A stretch of DNA of 64,000 bases from Mobula hypostoma (lineage: Eukaryota): contig NC_086097.1 in NCBI RefSeq assembly GCF_963921235.1, forward strand, positions 60,328,001-60,392,000, in the 5' to 3' direction. Below the pieces are notes generated by a model, which worked only from the letters and a program-made list of their open reading frames with translations, searched no databases and was not told the DNA's origin. Both the position numbers and the translations under genes were made by a program. Positions 10,943 to 22,624 of the stretch are shown here, piece by piece (position 1 is the first letter of the stretch; every line of letters begins with the position of its first letter).

Positions 10943-11529
10943 TGTTGCGAGGAATGGGTGAACCCAAACGCAGGACACTGACATGGAGGTAGAGTAATCT
11001 GAAGACTGTGTATTAATGGTTACAGGGAAGGCAGGGGAGTGAGGATTAGGCTGAGGAAAGCAGAGGAGAAAGAGCGAGGCTTGACTGGGGATCGAACCCA
11101 GGTCGCTGCGGTGAGAGTGCGGCGTTTAACCGCTAAGCCAGCGGAGGGTGTAGGTGGGTAGTGGGACGAGGCAGAGCAGGGATGCAGACCAGGGTGTGAG
11201 TGTGGCTGGAGGAGAACGGCAGGCAGGAGGATGAACGGGAAGGCAGGCGGCATGCAATGCTCCTGTTAACACGGAGAGACAGAGTTAACACAGGCAAACA
11301 ACAGCGCGGAAACAAAGCTTAGAGTACACAATTCTAAGCGGCCTAGAACATGAACTGCCACACTGGCTGAAGCAACGATCTGGTGACGAGTGGATGGAAA
11401 GCCGGGGTACTTATGCTGCAGGTCAGATGAGATTCAGGTGCGCCGCAATCAGGGGAACAGGAGAAACACTGGGAAAAGGGAATTAGGAGAACATGAGGAA
11501 TAAATGGGAGGGACGGAGGGACCGTGACA
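10943..11529 (-). repeat. 5' LTR
   Basis: Direct repeat of 7801-8389, roughly one mismatch per 10 nt by eye. Confidence 0.95.
11077..11147 (-). other. tRNA-Glu(CTC)-derived module inside 5' LTR
   Basis: Minus strand TGGCTTAGCGG A box, CTCTCAC loop, GGTTCGATCCC B box. Confidence 0.85.
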
Positions 11530-11672
11530 ATAACAGAATCATTGAAACATTGCCCAGCCCAGGCATTCAACCAAAGTGCAGAAAACAGCAAACTGTGCAA
11601 ATAAAAAAAGAAATAATAAATAGATAGAGAGATAGACAGATAACTAAATACGCAAGCAAGCAAGCAAGCAAT

Positions 11673-12214
11673 TGTTGTAGCGTGGATGAATTTACCGGAG
11701 AGACAGTCACTGGTAGATACAAAGCAACTTCTTTATTCGACACAACAAGGTACAACAGGCATCTCGAGGCGCTTTCCGCAGAAAGGTCTGCTAGCTAAAA
11801 TGTGAGCTCGATATTTATATGCTAAACACAAAGGCAATCGCTACTTAAACAGTTACAGACAATGCTTCCTTTTGAAGTTACATACAAACATCACACCTTC
11901 GGATTTCATCCTTTCCTTCTGATGCCAACATGTCCATGTTGGTATCCACAGCCTTTAGTTCAATCCACAATACATTTATTTGGCATTTTACATGCTAACA
12001 TAGAAGACAATTAATATTTATAATGTATAGATAAGACTATCTTCAAAACTACAGCATCAGGCACCAGAAACATCTGGTATTTACACCTTTTAGGAAGCCC
12101 ATTGTGGTGGACTCAATCCACAGTCCTTTGTCAAACAGTTAAAATAGACGTCTGGTGGCCAAAGTCATTTAAGTGTTAACAAATCATCTACCCAAAAAGA
12201 AATCCACTCTAACA
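11673..12214 (-). mobile_element. solo LTR
   Basis: TGTT...AACA ends, perfect 5-bp TSD GCAAT, AATAAA on the minus strand near the end; related to 16013-16424. Confidence 0.85.
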
Positions 12215-12455
12215 GCAATAAATATCGAAAACATAAGATGAAGAGTCCCTGAAAGTGAGAACATTGATTGTGGGAACATGATGGACTGTGCTATATGTAC
12301 TACTTTTTATAGGAATTTCTGTTCAAAGGCATTGGTGTTTCCATATCAGGCTGCGAAGCAGCAAGTCAGTATACTCTCCACAACACATCTATAGAAGTTT
12401 TGCTAAGTTTTAGATGTCATGCTGAATCTCCGTGAACTCCTGAGGAAGTAGAGAG

Positions 12456-13380
12456 CATACAAGGCATTGAGCTAATCTGGAAGCAAAGCCCTGCTGTCAC
12501 CTATGTCACTTGATTTAACTTTGTAAGAGGTGTTAGTATTCAACCCCTGCCACAACTGTCAAGCATCCTTCAGTGATTCAGAGTTAGTCTAGAATTGCCA
12601 CTTTGCCCATGAGATAGCTTTCCAGAGATCATACCTGGACCTTTTGTAACTTTCTTGGTCACCAGACTTGAATGTCCTTAGCAGACTATGGATCTCATGG
12701 TTCAATCAGGACTTTTTATTGGGGAAGACTCTGAATATTTTATGGAGACACACTCATCTACTATTGCTTTAATAAATTCTGTTACAATCATTGTGTATTG
12801 ATTCAGATCCACAGAGTCTTTGAACATGGCCCAATCCAACTACTCAAAGTAATCCGGTAGCCACTCATCTTCCTCCTGCAACCATATCTTTGTTGTCCAA
12901 ATCTCAGGAGCTTTGCTCTTTAGCCTCTACCTCTATGCAGGTAGAAGAAGGACAGCCAAGTGATCAGATTTATCAAACTGCAGTCTAGGCATGGAATTGT
13001 AGATATTCCTTATCTTAGTGTAACAGTGGTGTAGTGTGTTGAGACCTCTGGTGCTATAGGTTATATGCTGATGGTAATTGGACAGGATTTTCCGCAAACC
13101 AGTCTGGTTGAAGTCCCTGACTATGATTTGAAATACATTGGGATAGACTGTCTCTTGCTTGGAGATGATGTCATGCAGTACCTCAAGTGCTTGAATGTAA
13201 TTGGCTGCTGGTTGGTTGTATGTAAACTGCAACTGGTATCACAGATGAGAACTCCCTAGGTAAATAGAATGGATGGTATTTGACTGTTAGGTGTTCAAGG
13301 TTGGGTGGAACACAAGTTCAACAAAACTGCTACATTGGAGCACCTCCAAGAGTTTATCATGAAACATTCATCTCCATCTT
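12456..13380 (-). mobile_element. Rex1/Babar-type LINE endonuclease region
   Basis: ORF 12933-13232 IVRDFNQ..TRGLNTLHHCY..SDHLAVLLLPA (APE-type endonuclease motifs). Confidence 0.75.
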
Positions 13381-13678
13381 TTGTTTAATTTATTTGTTTT
13401 ATTGTTATACAGTGTAGAGTAGGGTCTTTCAGCCCTTCAAGGTGTGTTGCCCAGCAACTCCTGATTTTACCCTAGCCCAATTACAGACCATTTACAATGA
13501 CCACTTAACCTACCAATCGCTATGTCTTTGGAATGTGGGAGGAAACAGGAACACCCAGATGAATCCCATGCAGTCATGTGGAGAACGTACGAACTCCATA
13601 CAGACAGCAGTGGGATTTGAACCTGGGTTGCTTGTATTGTAAAGTGTTGTGCTGATCACTATGCTACCATGCTATCCC
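13381..13678 (-). mobile_element. tRNA-derived V-domain SINE (HE1-like)
   Basis: tRNA-like head (GGTAGCATAGTG, GGTTCAAATCC), V-domain-like GGAGTTCGTACGTTCTCC..GTTTCCTCCCACA, A-rich tail. Confidence 0.75.
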
Positions 13679-13800
13679 ACTTGTCTTTTCCTGAATCTGC
13701 AGTTTGGTCCATTTGATAAATTGAGAAGCCTTCCGGTTTGTGTGCTGCATCTGGCATGCTGGGAGACCTCCAAATTTCACCAGACATAGAATACAACAAT

Positions 13801-14294
13801 CTCTCTTTCTTTCTTTCTTTTTAAATCTTTTTCTTAATTTTCCAAAATTATAAACAGAATAACAATATTGATACAGAGAGATTGGAATAATCTTATTGCT
13901 GATAAACATGTACAAAAAAGATTTCAAATAATACAGATGTAATAGACTTCCAAACTCTTAATATAGTCGATCATAGAGAAAAAAGAAATAAAAAGAAAAA
14001 AAAATACAAAGAAAACCCCCCCCAAAAAACCCCCAAAAAACTAAATACTAAGCCCCCCAAAGAAAGCAAATGGAACAAAACAAGGCTGGACCAATATGTT
14101 AAATACAAAACGTTCCATAATGTCGTCAACTCCGCTCCTCTATTCATATATTTTAGGTTAATAAGAAGGATTTGGAAAGGTCAAATTACATCATATGAAA
14201 ATGTTGAATAAATGGTTTCCAAGTCTCTTCAGATTTAACTGAAGGATCAAAAATGTCACTTCTGATTTTTTGTAAATTTAAACATCATATAGTT
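13801..14294 (-). mobile_element. L1-clade LINE 3' end
   Basis: Minus translation CLNLQKIR..EETWKPFIQHF resembles the fish-type L1 ORF2 C-terminus; T-rich UTR and A-rich tail. Confidence 0.6.
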
Positions 14295-14550
14295 TCAAAC
14301 TTTCAGTTCCTTCTGATACAGCAATCTTGCCCTCAAGTTCCCAGTTTTGTTCTCCAGCAACTGCACATTTGCTAACAAGATGCTGGGTTCATCGCTTTGT
14401 GTTTCAGCCTGGTCTGCCCACCCAGCCGCCACCCACCTCACTTCCAGCCGTGGCAGTGAAGCAGACCAGAACATTTGTCTGCTTAAAGGTGCCATATTTG
14501 TCTGGTCCACCAAGACCTTCAGTCGATCATGAAATCTGTAGATCATTAAA
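14295..14550 (-). mobile_element. Rex1/Babar-type 5' fragment
   Basis: PSILLANVQLLENK..LRARLLYQ (endonuclease N-terminus); plausibly the upstream part of 12456-13380. Confidence 0.65.
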
Positions 14551-14679
14551 CTAATTTAAATGTACATTGTTTAGAGGGAAACTACATGCTGCAGATTGCA
14601 GTGAGAGTAATTCAAAAGAGGTACACTTAAAGAGCATGTTTAGAAGTATTGTCCACAGCCCAGAGAGCATCACCATGGT

Positions 14680-15466
14680 TCCAGATGTTAGGAAGGGTAA
14701 GGTGAAGGGACACATACCAATCCTCATAGAGGGATCAGAAGTGGAGAGAGTGAGCAGCTTCAAGTTCCTGGGTGTCAAGATCTCTGCGGATCTAACCTGG
14801 TCCCAACACATCGATGCAGTTATAAAGAAGTCAAGACAGTGGCTATACTTTATTAGGAGTTTGAAGAGATTTGGTATGTCAACAAATACACTCAAAAAAT
14901 TGTATAGTTGTACAGCGGAGAGCATTCTGACAGGCTTTGTTACTGTCTGGTATGGAGGGGCTACTGCACAGGACCGAAAGAAGCTGCAGATGGTTGTAAA
15001 TCTAGTCAGCTCCATCTCGGGCACTAGCCTACAAAGTATCCAGGACATCTTTAGGGAGTGGTGTCTCAGAAAGGCAGCATCCATTATTAAGGACGTCCAG
15101 CAACCAGAGCATGCCGTTTTCTCACTGTTACCATCGGGTAGGAGGTACAGAAGCCAGAAGGCGCACACTCAGCGATTCAGGAACAGCTTCTTCCCCTCTG
15201 CCAACCGATTCCTAAATGGACATTGAGTTTTTGGACACTACCTCACTTATTTTTTAAATATACAGTATTTCTGTTTTTGCACTTTTTAAAATCTATTCAA
15301 TATATGTAATTGATGTACTTGTTTATTTATTATTATTATTATTTTTTTAAATTTTATATATTATTTTTTCCCTGCTAGATTATGTACTGCATTGAAGTGC
15401 TGCTGCTAAGTTAACAAATTTCATGTCACACACCGGTGATAATAAACCTGATTCTGATTCTGATTC
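14680..15466 (+). mobile_element. Rex1/Babar-type LINE 3' fragment
   Basis: VERVSSFKFLGV..LTW..LLPSGRRYRS..RFRNSFFP; AATAAA then (CTGATT)n tail. Confidence 0.85.
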
Positions 15467-16012
15467 ATTTAACTTATCTAATATCCTAAAGCTCCCTTTT
15501 ACACATCTTATTTTCTATACTGAGTAAGTGTCAGCTAAATTGTCTTTAATAGCCTTCATCCAGGTTAACTATACAAGTTTTAAAAATGGGAGGGCTGGGT
15601 GTTGATCCCTGTGGTACATTACTCATTACTTTATTGCCAACTAGAGAAAGATCATTGTCTGTCTTCTTTCTGTTTTTAGTTGGCCAAACAATTTTCTATC
15701 CAGGTCAATGTGTTACTGTTAACACTAAAAAAGAGGATGTGCTGGAGCTTTTGGAAAGCATCGAGTTGGATAAGTCACCGGGACCGGACAAGAGATACGC
15801 CAGGCTACTGTGGGAGGTGAGGGAGGAGAATACTGAGCCTCTGGTAATGATCTTTGCATCATTAATGGGACAGGAGTGGTTCCGTAGGATTGGAGTGTTG
15901 CAGATGTTGTTCCCTTATTCAAGAAAGGGAGTAGATATAGTTCAGGAAATTATAGATCAGTGAGTCTTACTTCAGTGGTTGGTAAGTTGATGGACAAGAT
16001 CCTGAGAGGCAG

Positions 16013-16424
16013 TGTTGTCGCGTGAATGAAATCACCAGAGAGATAGTTACTGGTAGATACAAAGCAGCTTCTTTATTCGACAAAACATGGTTCAGCAGGC
16101 ATCATATAGACAGAGACGCTTTCAGTGGAAAGGTCTGCTGCCCAATGTGGGGCTCGATATTTATTTGCTACACACAAAGGGCAATTCATATTTACAAAGT
16201 ATAGACAATGCTTTTTTTTGAATCTATATACAAAACTTAACACCTGATTACATTCATCAAACAGACACCAGCAGGTCTGGGCTGGTATTCACAGTTTGGG
16301 AAATTGTTACAAATGGATTCGGATTCTGATATCCACAGCTTTAGGAAATGCATTGTTACAGAAGACTGGTGGCCAAAGCCATTTACTAAGTGTGAATGAC
16401 CTAAACCCAAAAATTATTCTAACA
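16013..16424 (-). mobile_element. solo LTR
   Basis: TGTT...AACA ends, TSD GGCAG/GACAG, cleanly interrupts CR1; homologous to 11673-12214. Confidence 0.85.
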
Positions 16425-16815
16425 GACAGGATTTATGAACATTTGGAGAGGCATAATATGATTAGGAATATTCAGCATGACTTTGTCAAAGGCAGGTCGT
16501 GCCTTACAAGCCTGACTGAATTTTTTGAGGATGTGACTAAACACATTGATAAAGGTAGATCAGTAGATGTAGTGTATATGGATTTCAGCAAGTCATTTGA
16601 TAAGGTACCTATGCAAGGCTTATTGAGAAAGTAAGGAAGCATAGGATCCAAGGGGACCTTGCTTTGTGGATCCAGAATTGGCTTTCCCACAGAAGTCAAA
16701 AAGTGGTTGTAGGCACGTCATATTCTGCATGGAGGCCAGTGACCAGTGGTGTGCCTCAGAAATCTGTTCCTCCTCTTCATGATTTTTATAAGTGACCTAG
16801 ATGAGGAGATGGAGG

Positions 16816-17265
16816 CACGAGGAATTCTGCAGATGCTGGAAATTCAAGCAACACACATCCAAGTCGCTGGTGAACACAGCAGGCCAGGCAGCATCTCTAG
16901 GAAGAGGCACAGTCAATGTTTCGGGCCGAGACCCTTTGTCAGGACTAACTGAAAGAAGAGCTAGTAAGAGATTTGAAAGTGGGAGGGGGAGGGGGAGATA
17001 TGAAATGATAGGAGAAGACAGGAGGGGGACAGATGGAGCCAAGAGCTGGACAGGTGATTGGCAAAAGGGATATGAGAGGATCATGGGACAGGAGGCCCAG
17101 GGAGAAAGAAAAGTGGGGGGGAACCCAGAGGATGGGCAAGGGGTATAGTGAGAGGGACAGAGGGAGAAAAAGGAGAGAGAGAGAAAGAATGTGTGTATAT
17201 AATAAATAACGGATGGGGTACGAGGGGGAGGTGGGGCATTAGCGGAAAGTTTGAGAAGTCAATGT
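16816..17265 (-). mobile_element. Penelope-like terminal repeat
   Basis: Close match to 6406-6825; hammerhead-like motif at 16911-16946 (CTGACAA...GAAACATT). Confidence 0.85.
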
Positions 17266-17822
17266 TAAGAGGCTCCTGGATAGGTACATGGAGCTTAGAA
17301 AAACAGCAGGCTATAGGTAATCCGAGGTAATTTTGAAAGTAAGTACATGTTTGGCACAGTATTGTTGGCTGAAGGGCCTGTATTATGCTTTAGGTTTTCT
17401 ATATTTCCTCTGCATTAGCCTTTTGAAGTTATGAACTGTCTGTTCTAGTTGAACTTGCCCCATAACTAACCTTCCAGCTCCCATTTGTTTACAGAATTTT
17501 AAAGCTTCACCGTGCTCTTTGTAAGGTATTGCTTCTCATCTAATTTCTTAATACGTGTCTTCTTATCTGGAGACCATAACCCCTAATTCTAATATTTCCA
17601 ATCAGGGTGTGGGAGTTGCGGCAGGGCAAGGGCTGAAGACTATGTCCATGTTAGCATAGCCTGTGGTACTTGTCATGAACCCAGACAGTGGGGACTTTTG
17701 AAGTGAGACCTTTTCTAGAAAGGTCGTTGAAGAACATAGCCTTGCTTTACATTGTAGGCAGCACCAAAGACAGACAAGATAAGAATATAATTGAAAGATG
17801 CAAACATACCCAACAACTAACT

Positions 17823-18117
17823 CAAACAACAGGAATTCTGCAGATGCTGGAAATTCAAGCAACACACATCAAAGTTGCTGGTGAACGCAGCAGGCCAGGC
17901 AGCATCTCTAGGAAGAGGTGCAGTTGACATTTCAGGCTGAGACCCTTCGTCAGGTTCTGACGAAGGGTCTCGGCCTGAAACGTTGACTGCACGTCTTCCT
18001 AGAGATGCTGCTTGGCCTGCTGCGTCGAAGGGTCTCAGCCTGAAACGTCGACTGCACCTCTTCCTAGAGATGCTGCCTGGCCTGCTGCGTTCACCAGCAA
18101 CTTTGATGTGTGTTGCT
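17823..18117. mobile_element. fold-back insertion made of Penelope terminal repeats
   Basis: 13-bp TSD CCAACAACTAACT (17810-17822, 18118-18130); inverted arms meeting at CGTCAG-gtt-CTGACG; ~67-bp tandem duplication in the right arm. Confidence 0.9.
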
Positions 18118-20428
18118 CCAACAACTAACTGTTGCTTTGCTAACTTCAAGATATAACCAGTTGTCAGCTCGTAGTTCATATTGACTTTTAACACCTCTAT
18201 TGTGAATGGCGATTGATCATGCAAGTAAGTAATTTAAGCATACACAGTTTACCAGATGGTCAATATCCATCACTGAGGAGCCAATTGTATAAAAATAGCA
18301 TTTTTCTGTCTTGGCTTGAAAGTGTGTTGACAGGGGCCATGCTGTTCTCCTTGCTCACAAGTAAAATAAGGTATGATTGAGGAGTAAATATGCGTGTGTT
18401 TGTGTTCTGAGGTCTTGTTAATCGGCAATGACAAAGGGGAAAAGCCAATCCTTCTTCTGTCACGTAAAGCTCTGTAAAAATACTTTGTTTCAGTCACTTG
18501 TCATTCTACTAAACTCAAGCAAATGTAGGCCTGATCTGCTTAGCCTCTCATCATAGAATACATTTGCCATCCCAGAAATCAACCTGGTGAATCTTTGCTT
18601 CACTTCTTCTCTCACAAGTATACGCTTCTAATTGAAAGGAAGTCCGGATCTGCACACATAATCTAAATGTAGTGTCACCAGTGATCAAGACATCGACTTA
18701 AGCCCTGATTCAATAAAACAAACATAAAATTTCCCATTTTAATTGTCAGCTGAGCCTGAACATTATCCTTCAGTGATTCACACACAAAGGTAAACAGATC
18801 ACTTTGAACACCAATACCTTTCAATGTCTTACCGTTTATTAAAAGAAACAATGTTCCCTATTTTTTTCTACTAAGGTTGTCATTTTCTTATTTTTCTATT
18901 ACATATTCTATCTATTGTTGACCATTTATCAACTGAACTAGGTTAGGAAACTTACAACCCAACTTTTAATTAATTGAAGCTCTCACTTTATTGTCTCTGC
19001 ACAAACAGCAACATAACTATTTTGACCCTGGGCCAACAACTTAGAACATGAATTCTACTGTTCCCTTTGTACCAATACTCAGTCAGACTACTTTTCTGAA
19101 ATAAGAGATCCCCGTTGGCCAGATAGTTGATCTTTTCTTCTCCCAGCCCCTGAGTGGGGGTTCTTCCTTGTGATGGTGATTTTCTGGATTTATCCCTAAT
19201 AACACACTCAGAGTGTCTGCTTTATATTCATTCCTTACCAATTCAAATGTAGTGTTCCGGGATCATTGGATGTATGTTACCTGATAACATTTAACACCTT
19301 TTATTGGCTCTGGTCCAGGGCTGCAACCAACCATCCCCCCCCTCCCCACCCTCATGCCTCTGTTCCTTTCAACTCTGACTGGTTCAAACCAGTCAATCTA
19401 GGTAACACAGACACTGAGGCTACATCTACACTAGACCGGATAATTTTGAAAACGCCAGTTTTGCGTAAAAACGATAGGCGTCCACACCAAGCATTTTTGA
19501 AAATATCTCTGTCCACATTAAAATGGGTATTTGGCCGAATCTCCTCCTACTGGGCATGTGGAGGACACATCTACAGAAAACAAGCAAAGAGGAAACAGTA
19601 TACTTGGTGTGCATTTGTCCAGTTACAGACTAGAAAAACTTAAAAGGAAATTGCCAAACGAAAGACTTGGTGTGCGTTTGTCCAGTTACAGACTAGAAAA
19701 ACTTAAAAGGTGAAATTGCCAAATGATGGATGGCTGTTGGCTGTCGCGTAGGAGGACTTAAAACTGAAAAAACAAATACTGGAGCGTATGGAGGCAACAG
19801 ACAGGGAGTTCATGGACAGTGTGACCCGGCTGACAACGAACATTGAAAAACTGACTGTTGCAGAGGGATTTGCAATGATGAGGAATATGATGACTCCTCC
19901 CTGGCCCCCGCAGTACTTTTCACTGCCACAATACCAGCCTCACAGCCACTACAATAGCTACACATATGGACTCACAGACCTCCATGTGGCCCTACCAACA
20001 TCTTCCCCACTCTCACAGAAGGGTTACCCTGGAAACATTTCCTACAGCCATAGTCTCTTCATTGATGAAAGGGGTGACAGCTACAACTAAATGCAATAAA
20101 GGCTTGTCACTGGGCAAAAGTGAAATTTGCTGTTTCCTCATTTGTTTGCCTTTACTTTTGCCATGTCTTTCTGTATTATTTGGCTGTATTTAACATATGT
20201 AATAAAACGAGTTACTGGGCAAAAGTGATTTTATTTTTACCTGAGTAAAAGTAAAACTTACAATTTTCCTTTTTTGGCCTTAATATTTTCACGTCTATGC
20301 CAAACATAAGCGACTACTTAAAAATAACATTTTGGAAGTTATGACAATTGCATCTATTGAATGTTTGCACAAGCAATACATTAATAAAGCACCTTGTTAA
20401 ATGTATAAAACATGTCTGCATCAGTGTT

Positions 20429-20797
20429 TGAACACTGAATTCTCCAATTTCCGGTAATTCCTTCCCCCTCCCTTCCCCCAACCCAGTTTTACTCTGCACC
20501 TTCCCCCAGCTGCCTATCACCTCCCTTATGGTTCTGCCTCCTTCTACTACCCATTGTGCTTTCCCCTATCCCTTCTTCACCTTTGTTGCCTATCCCCTCC
20601 CCCACCCCTTTATCTTTCCCCTTACTGGTTTTTCACCTGGCACCTACCAGCCTTCTCCTTCCACACTCCCCCCACCTTCTTTATAGGGCCTCTGCCTCTT
20701 CCCTCTTCAGTCCTGACGAGGGCTTCGGCCCGAAACATTGACTGATCGTTTCCACGGATGCTGCCTGACCTGCTGAGTTCCTCCAGTGTGTTGTGAG
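20429..20797 (+). mobile_element. Penelope-like terminal repeat inserted in the Harbinger element
   Basis: Pyrimidine-rich body, GATGCTGCCTGACCTGCTGAGTTCCTCCAG end; ~16-bp duplication TGTCTGCATC(A/G)G(T/G)GTT. Confidence 0.8.
20707..20746 (+). ncRNA. minimal type I hammerhead ribozyme motif
   Basis: TCAGTC-CTGACGA-GGGC-TTCG-GCCC-GAAACATT-GACTGA: 6-bp stem I, intact core boxes, UUCG-capped stem II; stem III ACGT changed to ACAT. Confidence 0.8.
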
Positions 20798-21140
20798 TGT
20801 CTGCATCGGGGTTATCTTGTATTTCCATACAATGTTATATTAGGCTGTTAGACATCTATTGTCAGATATTGTCGTTCTGGTGTTGGAGGTTGCGTTCAAG
20901 AAAACAATGAAATGCCGCGCTGCTGCCACCATTTGTTCCGGCACGTCATGACAGCGGTTTTAAAAATAGCCAGTTACCCCGTACACACTACACCGGATAT
21001 TAGGCATTTTCAGATTTAAATACTCTGGAGAGTGTTTTAGAAAAGCTCCATTTTTGGGGGAGGAAAACGCCATTTCAGTGTGGACGGAGGGTCAAAACGA
21101 AGGGAAAAAGCTTTGGTTACAGATTTATCCGGTCCAGTGT

Positions 21141-21920
21141 TGCAGATGGAGTTCAACCCAGATAAGTGTGAGAGGGTTTATTCTGGTAGGTCAAATGTGA
21201 TGGCAGAATATAGCATTAATGGTAACACTCTTGGCAGTGTGGACGATCAGAGGGATCTTGGGGTCCGAGTCCACAGGACACTTAAAGCAGCTGCGCAGGT
21301 TGCCTCTGTGGTTAAGAAGGCATATGGTGCATTGGCCTTCATCAACCGTGGGATTGAGTTTAAGAGCCGAGAAGTAATGTTGCAGCTTTATAGGACCTGG
21401 TCAGATCCGACTTGGATTACTTGCTCAGTTCTGGTCAGCTCACTACAGGATAGATGTGGAAACCATAGAAAGGGTGCAGGGGAGATTTACAACCTATGAG
21501 AATAGGTTGAGTGAACATGGTCTTTTTTATTGGAGCAATGGAGGATGAGAGGTGACCTGATAGAGGTGTATAAGATAATGAGAGGCATTGATTGTGTGGA
21601 TAGTCAGAGGCTTTTACCCAGGTCTGAAATGGCTGACATGAGAGGGCACAGTTTTGAGGTGCTTGGAAGCAGGTACAGAGGAGATGTCAGGGCAAATTTT
21701 TTACAGAGAGTGGTGAGTGCATGGAATGGGCTACTGGCGACTGTGGTGGAGGCAGATATGATAGGGTCTTTTTAAGGGGCATCCCCTTTAGGTACATGAA
21801 GCTTTGAAAAATAGAGGGCTATGGGTAACCCTAGGTAATTTCTAAAATAAGTACATGTTCAGCACAGTACAGTGGGCAGAAGGGCCTGTATTGTGCTGTA
21901 GGTTTTCTATGTTTTCTATG
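21141..21920 (+). mobile_element. CR1 LINE 3' fragment
   Basis: QMEFNPDKC, QRDLGVRVH, GIEFKSREVMLQLY, RGDLIEVYKIMRG; TTCTATG tail. Confidence 0.9.
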
Positions 21921-22624
21921 GATACCTTTATTTCTCTCTCCTGGTTTTAAGATGGGAACGAATGGTCCATTCTGTACTTGTACTTCTGTCACCTGACACT
22001 CATGAGGTTTACCCCATTAAGTTAGATTGTCAGCCAACATGTTTGTACTGTTAACACATTCAACTGTGACATTACGACCCTGTAATAACAAAGTCCATTG
22101 GACTAGTTGAGTTTGACTTACTGTTCCATCCTTGATACAACCAAAAAGTAAAAGCTGAATCAGAGTATGCTGCTAAAATGGTTAATGGATAAGACCGACA
22201 ATATAAGTGAAATGTTTAACTGCCCAAAACTCTGCTAAGTGTTTCAGCACAATTGAGTGGAGCACACGGAGTTGTCCCAACTGTATGTTCAGAGGTGTAG
22301 CAAACTCCACTACTTGTGAGTGTCAAGCAAATCCAGTGAAAATAATAGTGTCTTGTATTTCCCAAACTTGGTGCATTGGATGTGGATGTATTTAGGATGG
22401 TTTGAAAGCCTTCTGTATCTTAAAGATGTAGATTGTTAATTGTAACTCTGATTGTGCTGGTGCAACCCTGAGTTGTCTCCTAAAATCTGACCTCTTTGGA
22501 TTTGAGTTTCAAATGCAGGCACCAAAATACTGATCTCCTCTATATCCGTATTGACCATTAAGCAAGTTCTCCATGTTATTTTTATTTACAGATACCTATA
22601 TGGCCTGGCCCTTCTATATCCAGC

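Larger units (their letters stand above)
7801..11529 (-). mobile_element. Ty3/Gypsy (sushi/Tf1-like) LTR retrotransposon, non-autonomous, with internal replacement
   Basis: Two ~588-bp LTRs (TG...CA), 5-bp TSD ATAAC (7796-7800, 11530-11534), gag, CCHC knuckle, protease, integrase tail, polypurine tract. Confidence 0.95.
7706..12455 (-). mobile_element. Rex1/Babar-type 3' fragment split by two LTR insertions (pieces 7706-7800, 11530-11672, 12215-12455)
   Basis: AAAGTTCAAAGTAAAT tail as at 26651; flanks join up across the ATAAC and GCAAT target duplications. Confidence 0.65.
15726..17405 (+). mobile_element. CR1 LINE fragment interrupted by a solo LTR and a Penelope repeat
   Basis: DKSPGPD, QHDFVKGRSCLTSLTEFFEDVT, DVVYMDFSKSFDKVP; CR1 3' UTR at 17266-17405. 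Confidence 0.85.
19418..21140 (+). mobile_element. PIF/Harbinger non-autonomous DNA transposon (long form, right TIR clipped)
   Basis: TIR GGCTACATCTACACTAGACC matches the copy at 30333-31269; ORF remnant 19788-20090; ~62-bp tandem duplication at 19603-19725. Confidence 0.8.

Noticed and set aside
17823..18117. CRISPR-like array or DNA-transposon MITE
   Set aside because: No unique spacers; arms are Penelope terminal repeats with unequal ends and a 13-bp TSD
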